Origin: a virus
Lineage: Duplodnaviria; Caudoviricetes
Length of the DNA: 33,968 nucleotides
IMG/VR virus record: IMGVR_UViG_3300048598_000398
Coordinates: 1 to 33,968 of that record
Direction: 5' to 3' (one strand)
Shown piece after piece: positions 17,400 through 24,110 of this stretch (position 1 is its first letter; each line of letters opens with the position of its first letter). Both the position numbers and the translations under genes were made by a program. The notes beneath the pieces are model-generated. The model was not told the origin of the DNA. It did no database searches and was given only the letters and a program-made list of their open reading frames with translations.

Positions 17400-17585
17400 A
17401 TGTCAGTTGTTGATTTAACTCGTCCTTGTGATGGTTGTGGTAAAATGGTTGGTGGCGGGTTTCATACTTGCCCGGCGTGTGGGCGTGTTTTTTGTGGTGT
17501 TTGTTGCTTCTTTTCATTTAGAAATCAAAAGTTTGATTCTTGTTTTGTTTGTGGGGTTAGGTTGAAGGGGAATTATTATGGTTGA
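17400..17585 (+). CDS. C4C4 RING-like Zn-finger protein (61 aa, likely leaderless)
   Basis: C-x2-C-x10-C-x2-C-x4-C-x2-C-x12-C-x2-C; TTTAAA box at 17369-17374. Confidence 0.65.
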   Translation: MSVVDLTRPCDGCGKMVGGGFHTCPACGRVFCGVCCFFSFRNQKFDSCFVCGVRLKGNYYG

Positions 17586-17597
17586 TGATCGCTGAAA

Positions 17598-17792
17598 TTA
17601 TGGGTTGCCTGTTGGTTTTTCTCCTGCTTTTTGTAGGAGTTGTTCTATGAGTTTGAGGTCTTGGTTGATTGGTTGCATGTGTCGGCAGCGGCTGAGTAGT
17701 GTGCGGAATGCTTCGCCGTCTGGTCTTTTGCCTGTTTCTATGTATTCTTTGATGAGTTGGCGTTCTTTGTCTGTCAGTATGTATTCGCGCAT
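17598..17792 (-). CDS. Small helical putative repressor, switch 1
   Basis: Divergent from 17925 across the operator array; TATA about 30 nt upstream. Confidence 0.7.
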   Translation of the reverse strand: MREYILTDKERQLIKEYIETGKRPDGEAFRTLLSRCRHMQPINQDLKLIEQLLQKAGEKPTGNP

Positions 17793-17834
17793 TGGTTATC
17801 TGTTAGTGTTTTAGCGGTAGGTTATATTTAAAGT

Positions 17835-17910
17835 GTTACTGTTATAGTAGCGGATTTTGATTTTGTTACTGTTATAGTAACGCTTATAAGTTTGTTACTA
17901 TAATAGTAAC
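17835..17910. promoter_or_regulatory. Three 17-bp palindromic operators (17835-17851, 17865-17881, 17894-17910) interleaved with divergent TATA boxes
   Basis: GTTACTGTTATAGTAGC, GTTACTGTTATAGTAAC, GTTACTATAATAGTAAC; TATA elements at 17822-17832 and 17883-17890. Confidence 0.85.
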
Positions 17911-17924
17911 TTGAGGAATAACAG

Positions 17925-18107
17925 ATGATGGCTAAACAAATACTTATGAAAAAAATTCCAGCAGAAAATTATTCGTACTGCAGCTGCAACAAAACTTGCC
18001 CAGAGTTTTACAATGGCATAATAGCTTGTACTCTGCGTCAGGAAAATGGTGAGTGCCTAAGGCTCAAAACTGCTGCAGTAGAGGCTTTGAGGAGTATTTG
18101 CTTATGA
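17925..18107 (+). CDS. Small Cys-rich protein
   Basis: GAGG SD; first rightward gene of switch 1. Confidence 0.65.
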   Translation: MMAKQILMKKIPAENYSYCSCNKTCPEFYNGIIACTLRQENGECLRLKTAAVEALRSICL

Positions 18108-18445
18108 TGGATAACGCGAAAGTTGAGCAACAACATCAATTATACCTAAAGCATCGTGAAGAGAAGCATCTTGAGGAAGAAGCTGCAAAAGCTGAAACTC
18201 TTAAGCGACGGGCAGAGCTAGCCGAGCGGTTAGCCAAGATTCAGAAGGCTTGTGAGCCTCATGCTGCAACAGTTATCAAAGCGCACAAGTGCACTAGCTG
18301 TCATGCAACTATTCCCAAAGGTAGCAGGGTAATGGTTGAGGGCAATGTTACTCGTGTGCCGATCAGTTATGCTGCAGGCAGCTCTATTGCTCAGTTTCGA
18401 TCTGTGTATTTCTGCAATGCTTGCCGGCCTGTTAAGGAGGCTTAA
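18104..18445 (+). CDS. Coiled-coil plus treble-clef-like Zn-finger protein
   Basis: HKCTSC...YFCNAC; ATGA overlap with GAGGAG SD. Confidence 0.7.
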   Translation: MMDNAKVEQQHQLYLKHREEKHLEEEAAKAETLKRRAELAERLAKIQKACEPHAATVIKAHKCTSCHATIPKGSRVMVEGNVTRVPISYAAGSSIAQFRSVYFCNACRPVKEA

Positions 18446-18447
18446 AG

Positions 18448-18711
18448 ATGCACGTTTTACATAGTTCTTGGCGTGCTCTGCTCAATGACATATTGCTTAT
18501 CACTTGTGTATTTGGCAGTACTGGTATTGCTCTGAAATTTGTTTACTTCCAAGTGGTGCTTAATCTGAATTTGTATGCTGGCAACGTGGTTAAGGAAGTG
18601 ATTTTTCCGTTTTTCCCCAATTTGCTTGATAGTGTAGTTCTGATTTTGAGTGCTGTTTATTTTGTTGTGCGTCTTAGATTGATTGAGAGGCGTTTGAAGA
18701 GGGGTGCTTAG
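18448..18711 (+). CDS. Two-TM membrane protein
   Basis: Two hydrophobic helices; GGAGG SD. Confidence 0.65.
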   Translation: MHVLHSSWRALLNDILLITCVFGSTGIALKFVYFQVVLNLNLYAGNVVKEVIFPFFPNLLDSVVLILSAVYFVVRLRLIERRLKRGA

Positions 18712-18713
18712 GC

Positions 18714-18893
18714 GTGGTTGATGTGTTTGAGCGTAAGGGTTTGCCGGCAGAGTTTGTTATGGATAATTGTTTGCCAAGGTTTTTTGGCAGATCGGGTGTT
18801 GACTGTGCAAGTCTTCATAGGTTAACTGAAAAAGGCGTTGTTGAGTGCACTGTTAAGGTGTGCCCTAAAATTGATGGTTTGGGTAAAAGGTAG
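18714..18893 (+). CDS. Small Cys-containing protein (59 aa, not in ORF track)
   Basis: GAGGGGTG SD, GTG start, open to TAG 18891-18893. Confidence 0.55.
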   Translation: MVDVFERKGLPAEFVMDNCLPRFFGRSGVDCASLHRLTEKGVVECTVKVCPKIDGLGKR

Positions 18894-18962
18894 GCTTCCG
18901 CTGAAGGGAAAATGGCTGTTAGAATGTTTAACTATCAGCCTACCAAGGAAAGCGGAAGCCTA
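18891..18962. other. Structured element: 12-bp perfect outer stem plus inner stem-loop
   Basis: TAGGCTTCCGCT...AGCGGAAGCCTA enclosing GGCTGTTAG/CTATCAGCC. Confidence 0.6.
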
Positions 18963-19044
18963 AGTTTGATGTTGTTTGGTTGTGCTTTTAAGGCTTGTTC
19001 TTGTTTTGGGTAGAAGATTTTTACATTGTTCTTTTCCATTGCTG

Positions 19045-19052
19045 TTTATATA
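19045..19052 (+). promoter_or_regulatory. TATA box of the pilin gene
   Basis: TTTATATA followed by an AGGAG SD before ATG 19096. Confidence 0.6.
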
Positions 19053-19095
19053 GCGATTGAGGGTTTAGCGTTAGTAAAAAGGAGAAGGAAAAAAT

Positions 19096-19572
19096 ATGAT
19101 ATTTAATCTTAGAAAAGTTCGTAAAAATGTGAAAGCAATTTCACCAGTAATCAGCGTGTTGCTTATGATTGCAGTTGCAGTTGTAGCATCACTAGTAGCA
19201 TATGCTTGGGTCATGGGATACATGAATTTCCAGACTGCTAAAACAGGCCAAGCAGTTCAGATCCAAAGCGTTGCCTTTGCAGCGGATGAAACTCCTGGAA
19301 CAGGCATGAATGTTACTGCAATTTATGTCCAAAATATTGGCGATGGTACCGTCAGTTTTGCTCCAAATCAATGCTTATACGTTAATGGTGCACTCGTTAC
19401 CGATACAACATCAGCAGTTGCTCCAAGCCCTGCAACATTAACTAAAGGTGCAACTGGAACAATCGATGTCGCTGCTATTACAGGCCTTAATTTTGCATCC
19501 GGTGAAACTGTAGTTTTCAAGGTTGTTGTTGAAGGCGGAACATACAGCGAAGTTAGTCAGATAGTTCCATAA
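19096..19572 (+). CDS. Archaeal type IV pilin (class III signal peptide)
   Basis: Basic leader, KA/ISPVISVLLMIAVAVVASLVAYAW hydrophobic helix, IYVQNIG beta-sandwich motif. Confidence 0.9.
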   Translation: MIFNLRKVRKNVKAISPVISVLLMIAVAVVASLVAYAWVMGYMNFQTAKTGQAVQIQSVAFAADETPGTGMNVTAIYVQNIGDGTVSFAPNQCLYVNGALVTDTTSAVAPSPATLTKGATGTIDVAAITGLNFASGETVVFKVVVEGGTYSEVSQIVP

Positions 19573-19610
19573 ATTGGCTTAACGCCAATACTCTTTTTAT
19601 TTTATTTTTT
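19573..19610 (+). terminator. Hairpin plus T-tract terminator after pilin
   Basis: ATTGGC-TTAAC-GCCAAT then CTCTTTTTATTTTATTTTTT. Confidence 0.65.
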
Positions 19611-19770
19611 CTGCTTTTAGGGTTTGTTGGGTTGTGTATGGCGGGTTTTGTTGTTCTGTTTCGAGAATGATTTGGTCGTTTATTTGCCACTTGAGTTCAG
19701 TTAGCATTTCTTTAGGTATGCTGATCACGGTGCTGTTGCCGATTTTGCGGAGTTTGACTATTTTTTTGAT
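19597..19770 (-). CDS. AbrB/MazE/SpoVT-family DNA-binding protein (no canonical start; ATC or ATA)
   Basis: IKKIVKLRKIGNSTVISIPKEMLTELKWQINDQIILE; not in ORF track. Confidence 0.75.
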   Translation of the reverse strand: MKKIVKLRKIGNSTVISIPKEMLTELKWQINDQIILETEQQNPPYTTQQTLKAEKIK

Positions 19771-19803
19771 GGCTGGTCCCTGAGGGCTAGCGTTTGGTTT
19801 TTT

Positions 19804-19835
19804 GCTTATAAATACGGGTATATCCGTGGATATAC
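19804..19835. promoter_or_regulatory. TATA box plus palindrome GTATATCC-GT-GGATATAC, switch 2
   Basis: Perfect 8-bp arms at 19818-19835 adjacent to GCTTATAAATA. Confidence 0.6.
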
Positions 19836-19932
19836 AGAAAGTCGCTTTTGTTGAACAGTATCACATCTATTAGGAATAATAGAAGTGTTAAAAAGCACTT
19901 GGTTTAATTGGCTTTTCTGGAAGAGATTAAAC

Positions 19933-20136
19933 ATGAGTGGGGTAACAAAAAGCACAGTTTTAACTAATAATGATGTAAAAAGTTGGGATGACTGTTTGGA
20001 AGCCGTTGAGTTAATTATTGCCAAGAGTAAGGATTTGCAGTCGGCTGAGCGCAGTGTTAAGCGGTTGCATGGCCTTGTGAAATCCTCTAAGTTTGAGAAG
20101 ATTCGTCATGAGTTGGGGGCTTTTGGGTTATTCTAG
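19933..20136 (+). CDS. Small helical hypothetical protein (ATG 19933)
   Basis: Divergent from AbrB, convergent with RHH-1. Confidence 0.65.
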   Translation: MSGVTKSTVLTNNDVKSWDDCLEAVELIIAKSKDLQSAERSVKRLHGLVKSSKFEKIRHELGAFGLF

Positions 20137-20325
20137 AAGTCCTAGCTCTCTTAGTCTTTTTCTGATGGCGTCTAAAATGAAGTCTGCTCTGTTTTGGTAG
20201 CCGTATTTTTCGCTTTCAACAACGTCATCGACTCTTTTCATTAATGAGTTGGGTATTGAGACGGTTGTGTAATCTCTTGGTTTGGTTGATTTTTTTGGCG
20301 TTGTTGATTCTTCCTTACCGGTAAT
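20128..20325 (-). CDS. Ribbon-helix-helix regulator RHH-1 (putative ATT start)
   Basis: RDYTTVSIPNSLMKRVDDVVESEKYGYQNRADFILDAIRKRLRELGLLE; not in ORF track. Confidence 0.8.
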   Translation of the reverse strand: MTGKEESTTPKKSTKPRDYTTVSIPNSLMKRVDDVVESEKYGYQNRADFILDAIRKRLRELGLLE

Positions 20326-20398
20326 TAAACTTAATGGAAAAGCTTATAAGGTTTCTGGAACTATCATCTATAACATTAATCTACATTAAGTTTAATTA
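20322..20398. promoter_or_regulatory. Divergent promoter with perfect 15-bp inverted operators, switch 3
   Basis: TAATTAAACTTAATG (20322-20336) and CATTAAGTTTAATTA (20384-20398) flank the palindromic TATA CTTATAAG (20343-20350). Confidence 0.8.
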
Positions 20399-20413
20399 AA
20401 TGTGGTGTATAGA

Positions 20414-20575
20414 ATGGCAGAAAAAGAATGCGAAGAGAGAGATTATTCGACTGTTAGTCTTCCAAAAGATTTGCTAAAAAAAGTCGATGATGCTCTTGCG
20501 AAGGGCGGTTATGCAAACCGTGCTGATTTTGTACGTGATGCAATTCGAGAATTACTAAAAACAGTAAGTGCTTAG
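20414..20575 (+). CDS. Ribbon-helix-helix regulator RHH-2 (53 aa)
   Basis: MAEKECEERDYSTVSLPKDLLKKVDDALAKGGYANRADFVRDAIRELLKTVSA; not in ORF track. Confidence 0.85.
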   Translation: MAEKECEERDYSTVSLPKDLLKKVDDALAKGGYANRADFVRDAIRELLKTVSA

Positions 20576-20792
20576 GAGGGTTTGAGGTTTTTGGGGTTGA
20601 AGCTTTTCTCTGGTGATGGTGCTTTTGGGGAGCGTAATTTTGCGTTCTCCTTTCCCATAGTTACCCCAGCAGTTTGCTGCCCAAACAGAAACCTTGCGGT
20701 TCCTCGGCGTCTTTGGCGTTTGTGTCGGGGTTGGATGGTTGCGGGTTAGTCGATAGCGTTCATAGTTGAAAAGGAAGAGAGGGAAAATATGT

Positions 20793-21068
20793 ATGGTTGA
20801 AAGGAAAAGGGTAATCTCTAAAAAAATTCAGTCAAGTGAGCAGTCTGTTGTCTGTAGGGTTAAGGCTGTTTTGCCGTTTGTTAGGGGTGCTTGGTGTCCT
20901 ATTTGTCATAGTAAGCTTAGTGTTAGGAAGGTTGATGGTAGGGCGGTTTTTGTTTGTCAGCGGCATGGTGAAATGCGTGCTGTTCTTGATGTGGATCCTG
21001 CTGGTCCGGCTTCGCTAGCTGTGCATTGTGATTCTTTGGGGATTGTTGATTTGGAGGCGGCTTGCTGA
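20793..21068 (+). CDS. Zn-ribbon protein
   Basis: CPIC...CQRH. Confidence 0.65.
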   Translation: MVERKRVISKKIQSSEQSVVCRVKAVLPFVRGAWCPICHSKLSVRKVDGRAVFVCQRHGEMRAVLDVDPAGPASLAVHCDSLGIVDLEAAC

Positions 21069-21364
21069 TGAGTGATTCAAAAGCTGCTGCTAACTTGAAG
21101 CTTTGCGATCAAATTATGCATAGTACCCTGAAGTTAGCTCTTGAGATTGAAGCGCCGGAAAAAGTGGTTGATTTTACCAAAATAACCAAGATTGAGGATT
21201 CAAAGTGTACTGGTTATTTGATGCTGTTTTTTACTAATGATTCTGTGACTGGTGAAACTGGATGTGTTTCTTTGGCTGCTGGTTGTCTTCCGCCTAAGAC
21301 TATGGTGATGCTTTGGCGTTTTTATCCTAAGGTGTTTGAGAATTTGTTTGGAGGTCGCTATTGA
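21068..21364 (+). CDS. Hypothetical protein
   Basis: GGAGG SD, TGATG overlap. Confidence 0.65.
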   Translation: MSDSKAAANLKLCDQIMHSTLKLALEIEAPEKVVDFTKITKIEDSKCTGYLMLFFTNDSVTGETGCVSLAAGCLPPKTMVMLWRFYPKVFENLFGGRY

Positions 21365-21477
21365 TGGGTCGTAGTTATATTAATGAGGATTCTGTTGAGG
21401 CGGGTCATCGTGCTTTGCGGCCTGGTAAGGTTTCTGAGAAGCTGCAGGTTCCTAAAGCGGTTGGGGAGGTTGTTTAG
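21364..21477 (+). CDS. Small hypothetical protein (37 aa)
   Basis: GGAGGT SD, TGATG overlap; fills the gap exactly. Confidence 0.55.
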   Translation: MGRSYINEDSVEAGHRALRPGKVSEKLQVPKAVGEVV

Positions 21478-21479
21478 GG

Positions 21480-21680
21480 TTGGGTGCTGGTTACAAAAAG
21501 TCTGCTGGGCATCCTTGCCATGGCAATACTCACCGGTATATGCGCTTTGAGAAAGCCAGCGGCTCTAATCGGTTTTATTGGAAGCCTGTGTTGCTTCGTG
21601 AGCCTCAGCCTACTGATCGTTGTGCTTATTGTGGGTGTCTTCGGGGCGAGCCAAAATTTGTGGTGGAGGTTACTGCTTAA
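21480..21680 (+). CDS. Small Zn-binding protein
   Basis: GGAGG-TTG start; CHG..H and CAYC. Confidence 0.6.
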   Translation: MGAGYKKSAGHPCHGNTHRYMRFEKASGSNRFYWKPVLLREPQPTDRCAYCGCLRGEPKFVVEVTA

Positions 21681-22348
21681 TGGCGAGTTTGAAAGACGAT
21701 ATTATGTCGCTTGTTCCCAAAGAGAAGAATCGAGAGTTTAGTCAGTCCGAAGTCAAAAGTCTATTGTTGGATGTTTGGGATCTTGTTAAAGCTGTTACTG
21801 GCGAGGTCAAGTATAAGCAGTTGCCGCTTGATCTGCGCTGTGACGATTGTGGCAAAGAGCTAGCGTGGGGTACCTGGGCTTATTTCCAGGCGGAGATGAA
21901 TCGTGCAATCTGTCCCGGCTGCGGTGTCAAGCGTGGATGGAGTGACAAGGACCGCGCCAAAAACCTCGTGGCTAAGCGTGAGTTGCAGGAGGACATTAAG
22001 GCGCTTCGCAAACGCCAAAAGTTTGAGGCTGACTCACTTCAGCGGTTGCAGCAGGAGATTGATTTGCACAGTTTTGGTAAGCGGTACATGGTTTTAGATC
22101 AGCGGTTGCATGAAACTATTGATACTGTTCAAAGTTTTATTGCTAAGGTAGCGACTGCTGAGGAGAAGCAGGCTTTAATGCAGGTTTTTAGGGTTGTTGC
22201 TGAGACTCAGCAGTTGCAGAAAGTTATTCAGGAGGAAGTGGAGAATCGGCTGTTTTTGTTGGAGCGTTCTAAGAATCGTAAAAAGTTTGTGCCTAAGGTG
22301 ATTGATGATGATGCTGATCCGTCGGCTGAGGAGGTTGCAGCTGAATGA
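21680..22348 (+). CDS. Zn-finger plus coiled-coil protein (ATG 21680)
   Basis: CDDC...CPGC then a long coiled coil. Confidence 0.75.
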   Translation: MASLKDDIMSLVPKEKNREFSQSEVKSLLLDVWDLVKAVTGEVKYKQLPLDLRCDDCGKELAWGTWAYFQAEMNRAICPGCGVKRGWSDKDRAKNLVAKRELQEDIKALRKRQKFEADSLQRLQQEIDLHSFGKRYMVLDQRLHETIDTVQSFIAKVATAEEKQALMQVFRVVAETQQLQKVIQEEVENRLFLLERSKNRKKFVPKVIDDDADPSAEEVAAE

Positions 22349-22578
22349 ATTTTGGTGTTTCTTTTTGCCAATCAAACGCTAGTGTTGAGGCTGTTGTTGT
22401 GGTTGCTTCTGCGCCGGTGCGGTATCGAGCTGCCTGTCAATTCCTCAAAGAAGACTGCTCTATCTCTGCCAAAAATTCGGCATGGGCCTGCAGTGACAAG
22501 TTTACCGATGAGCAGCGTCGGGGCATGTGTCTGAATTATTGCCGTTTGTGCAAGGTCAAGTCTGGAGGCAAAAAGTAA
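22345..22578 (+). CDS. Small Cys-rich protein
   Basis: ATGA overlap, GGAGG SD. Confidence 0.55.
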   Translation: MNFGVSFCQSNASVEAVVVVASAPVRYRAACQFLKEDCSISAKNSAWACSDKFTDEQRRGMCLNYCRLCKVKSGGKK

Positions 22579-22579
22579 G

Positions 22580-22774
22580 ATGAGTGCTCAAGCTGTTGAT
22601 TCGGGTTTTTGTCCTCGTTGCAACGATGTTATTCAGCCTGAGCATCCTGAAGGCGTGCGCAGTCGCAAAGTAGCAGATATTTTGTTCTGTGTTATTTGCG
22701 CTCGCTATGTAGAGGATCATCCTGCGGTGCTTGAGCATTATGTCCAGCAGGCTAAGATGGGAGGTCAGCTGTAG
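22580..22774 (+). CDS. Small Zn-finger protein
   Basis: CPRC...CVIC. Confidence 0.65.
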   Translation: MSAQAVDSGFCPRCNDVIQPEHPEGVRSRKVADILFCVICARYVEDHPAVLEHYVQQAKMGGQL

Positions 22775-22775
22775 G

Positions 22776-24110
22776 ATGGCGATTTCTGTTCCTGAGTCTG
22801 AACTAGAGGCTAGGCGTGTCCGCGTATTGCATATTGTTACTCTTAGTGGGTTGCGTGCTAAAGGTTACTTGGAAACTAGCGTTGCTGTGCATGGCGGTAA
22901 ATGTATTGTTGTTCCAGCTAGCGATTTTGAGGATGAGTGGACGCTTGATCTTGCTAAAAATGGTCATGCCTGTATTCGTGATGTGTTGGATGATCAGAGG
23001 GTTGTTTTTGTTAAGGTTGCGGTGGATCCTGTTTTGATGCGTAAGTCTACTCGTCAGTTTTTGCCGGCTGGTAAGGTTGCGTATGTGCCGCCTGCAGCTG
23101 CTGTTTCACCGGTTCAAAGTAAACAAGTTGTGCCGGTAAAAGACGCTGTTGAAGAAGTCGAGGTGCAGCAGGAGCCTGTTAAGTCGGATGGCTCTAAAGT
23201 TGGCCTTGGTGAGCGTTTCTCTGTTGGAGAGGATGCTTTGATTGTAGACCTGTACAGTCAAGGGTATGGTCCTAATGATATTGCCAAAGTTTTTGTTTCA
23301 AAGAATCCGGGCAGGTCTTTGGGTTCTGTTGTTTCGCGGTATAAGCGTTTGAGGGCTAGCGGCGCCATTAAGCCGTGTCAGAAATCAAGTAAAGTTCAGG
23401 GTAATGTTGAGGTGAAAAGAGAAGTGGAAAACAAAAAACAAGTTGGAAGTAAGCAGGTTGTTAATGGCGTTGCGTGGTCGATGTCTGAGGATGATTTGCT
23501 TGTTTCTCTTTGGCTTAAGCAGCCAGTGTTGAGCATTGAAAAGATTGTCGGTGAGTTTCAGATGGTGTATCCGCAGCGGACTAGGGCTTCTTTGACTAAT
23601 CATATTTGGCGTCTGCAAAAGGCAGGTAAGATTAAGCCGCGGTTTGTTCCTCGTCGAGGTGATGCTAAAGCTGTGCAGCCGTTACAAAGTGACGAGAGTA
23701 ACAAAGTTACAAAGACACCGGTTAATCCTGCGGATTTCGGTAATTCCTTTGATCCTGATGGTGTGCTGGCTAAGTCGGAAACGTCTATTTTAAGCGAAAA
23801 AAGCGTTGATGTTTCAGCTGGATCTGTGCTTGTTGAGGCGTCGCCGTATGAACCGGAAGTTGATAGGCTTTACAAGATGATTGTTAAACTGCAGGCTGAC
23901 ATCGCTGATCTTCAAGTGAAGCAGCAAAAGGACTCTTCAAAGTTAGATGAGGCAACTGAGGATGTGCGGGTTTTTGGTGAGACGATATGTGATTGTCAGA
24001 GGTTTGGCGGTGAGCTCAAGGATCGCGTTGACGGTTTGGATTCTCGGATTGTTATGCATAAGCACGCGGTTTCTGGTGAAGCGATGTTGCCCATGGAGGC
24101 TCAGACCTAA
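22776..24110 (+). CDS. DNA-binding protein with two Myb/SANT-like HTH repeats and C-terminal coiled coil
   Basis: FSVGEDALIVDLY...PGRSLGSVVSRYKRL and WSMSEDDLLVSLW...PQRTRASLTNHIWRL. Confidence 0.7.
   Translation: MAISVPESELEARRVRVLHIVTLSGLRAKGYLETSVAVHGGKCIVVPASDFEDEWTLDLAKNGHACIRDVLDDQRVVFVKVAVDPVLMRKSTRQFLPAGKVAYVPPAAAVSPVQSKQVVPVKDAVEEVEVQQEPVKSDGSKVGLGERFSVGEDALIVDLYSQGYGPNDIAKVFVSKNPGRSLGSVVSRYKRLRASGAIKPCQKSSKVQGNVEVKREVENKKQVGSKQVVNGVAWSMSEDDLLVSLWLKQPVLSIEKIVGEFQMVYPQRTRASLTNHIWRLQKAGKIKPRFVPRRGDAKAVQPLQSDESNKVTKTPVNPADFGNSFDPDGVLAKSETSILSEKSVDVSAGSVLVEASPYEPEVDRLYKMIVKLQADIADLQVKQQKDSSKLDEATEDVRVFGETICDCQRFGGELKDRVDGLDSRIVMHKHAVSGEAMLPMEAQT

Noticed and set aside
17835-17910. Mini-CRISPR array
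   Set aside because: Repeats are 17 bp with only 12-13 bp between them, contain TATA boxes in the gaps and sit in a divergent promoter; operators fit better.
20576-20765. Short ORF or ncRNA after RHH-2
   Set aside because: A roughly 50-codon frame and G-U-rich hairpins exist, but evidence is too weak to call either.
21484-21741. 85-aa hydrophobic ORF as a holin
   Set aside because: Overlaps better-supported ORFs 21480-21680 and 21680-22348, which have SD sites and coupled junctions.
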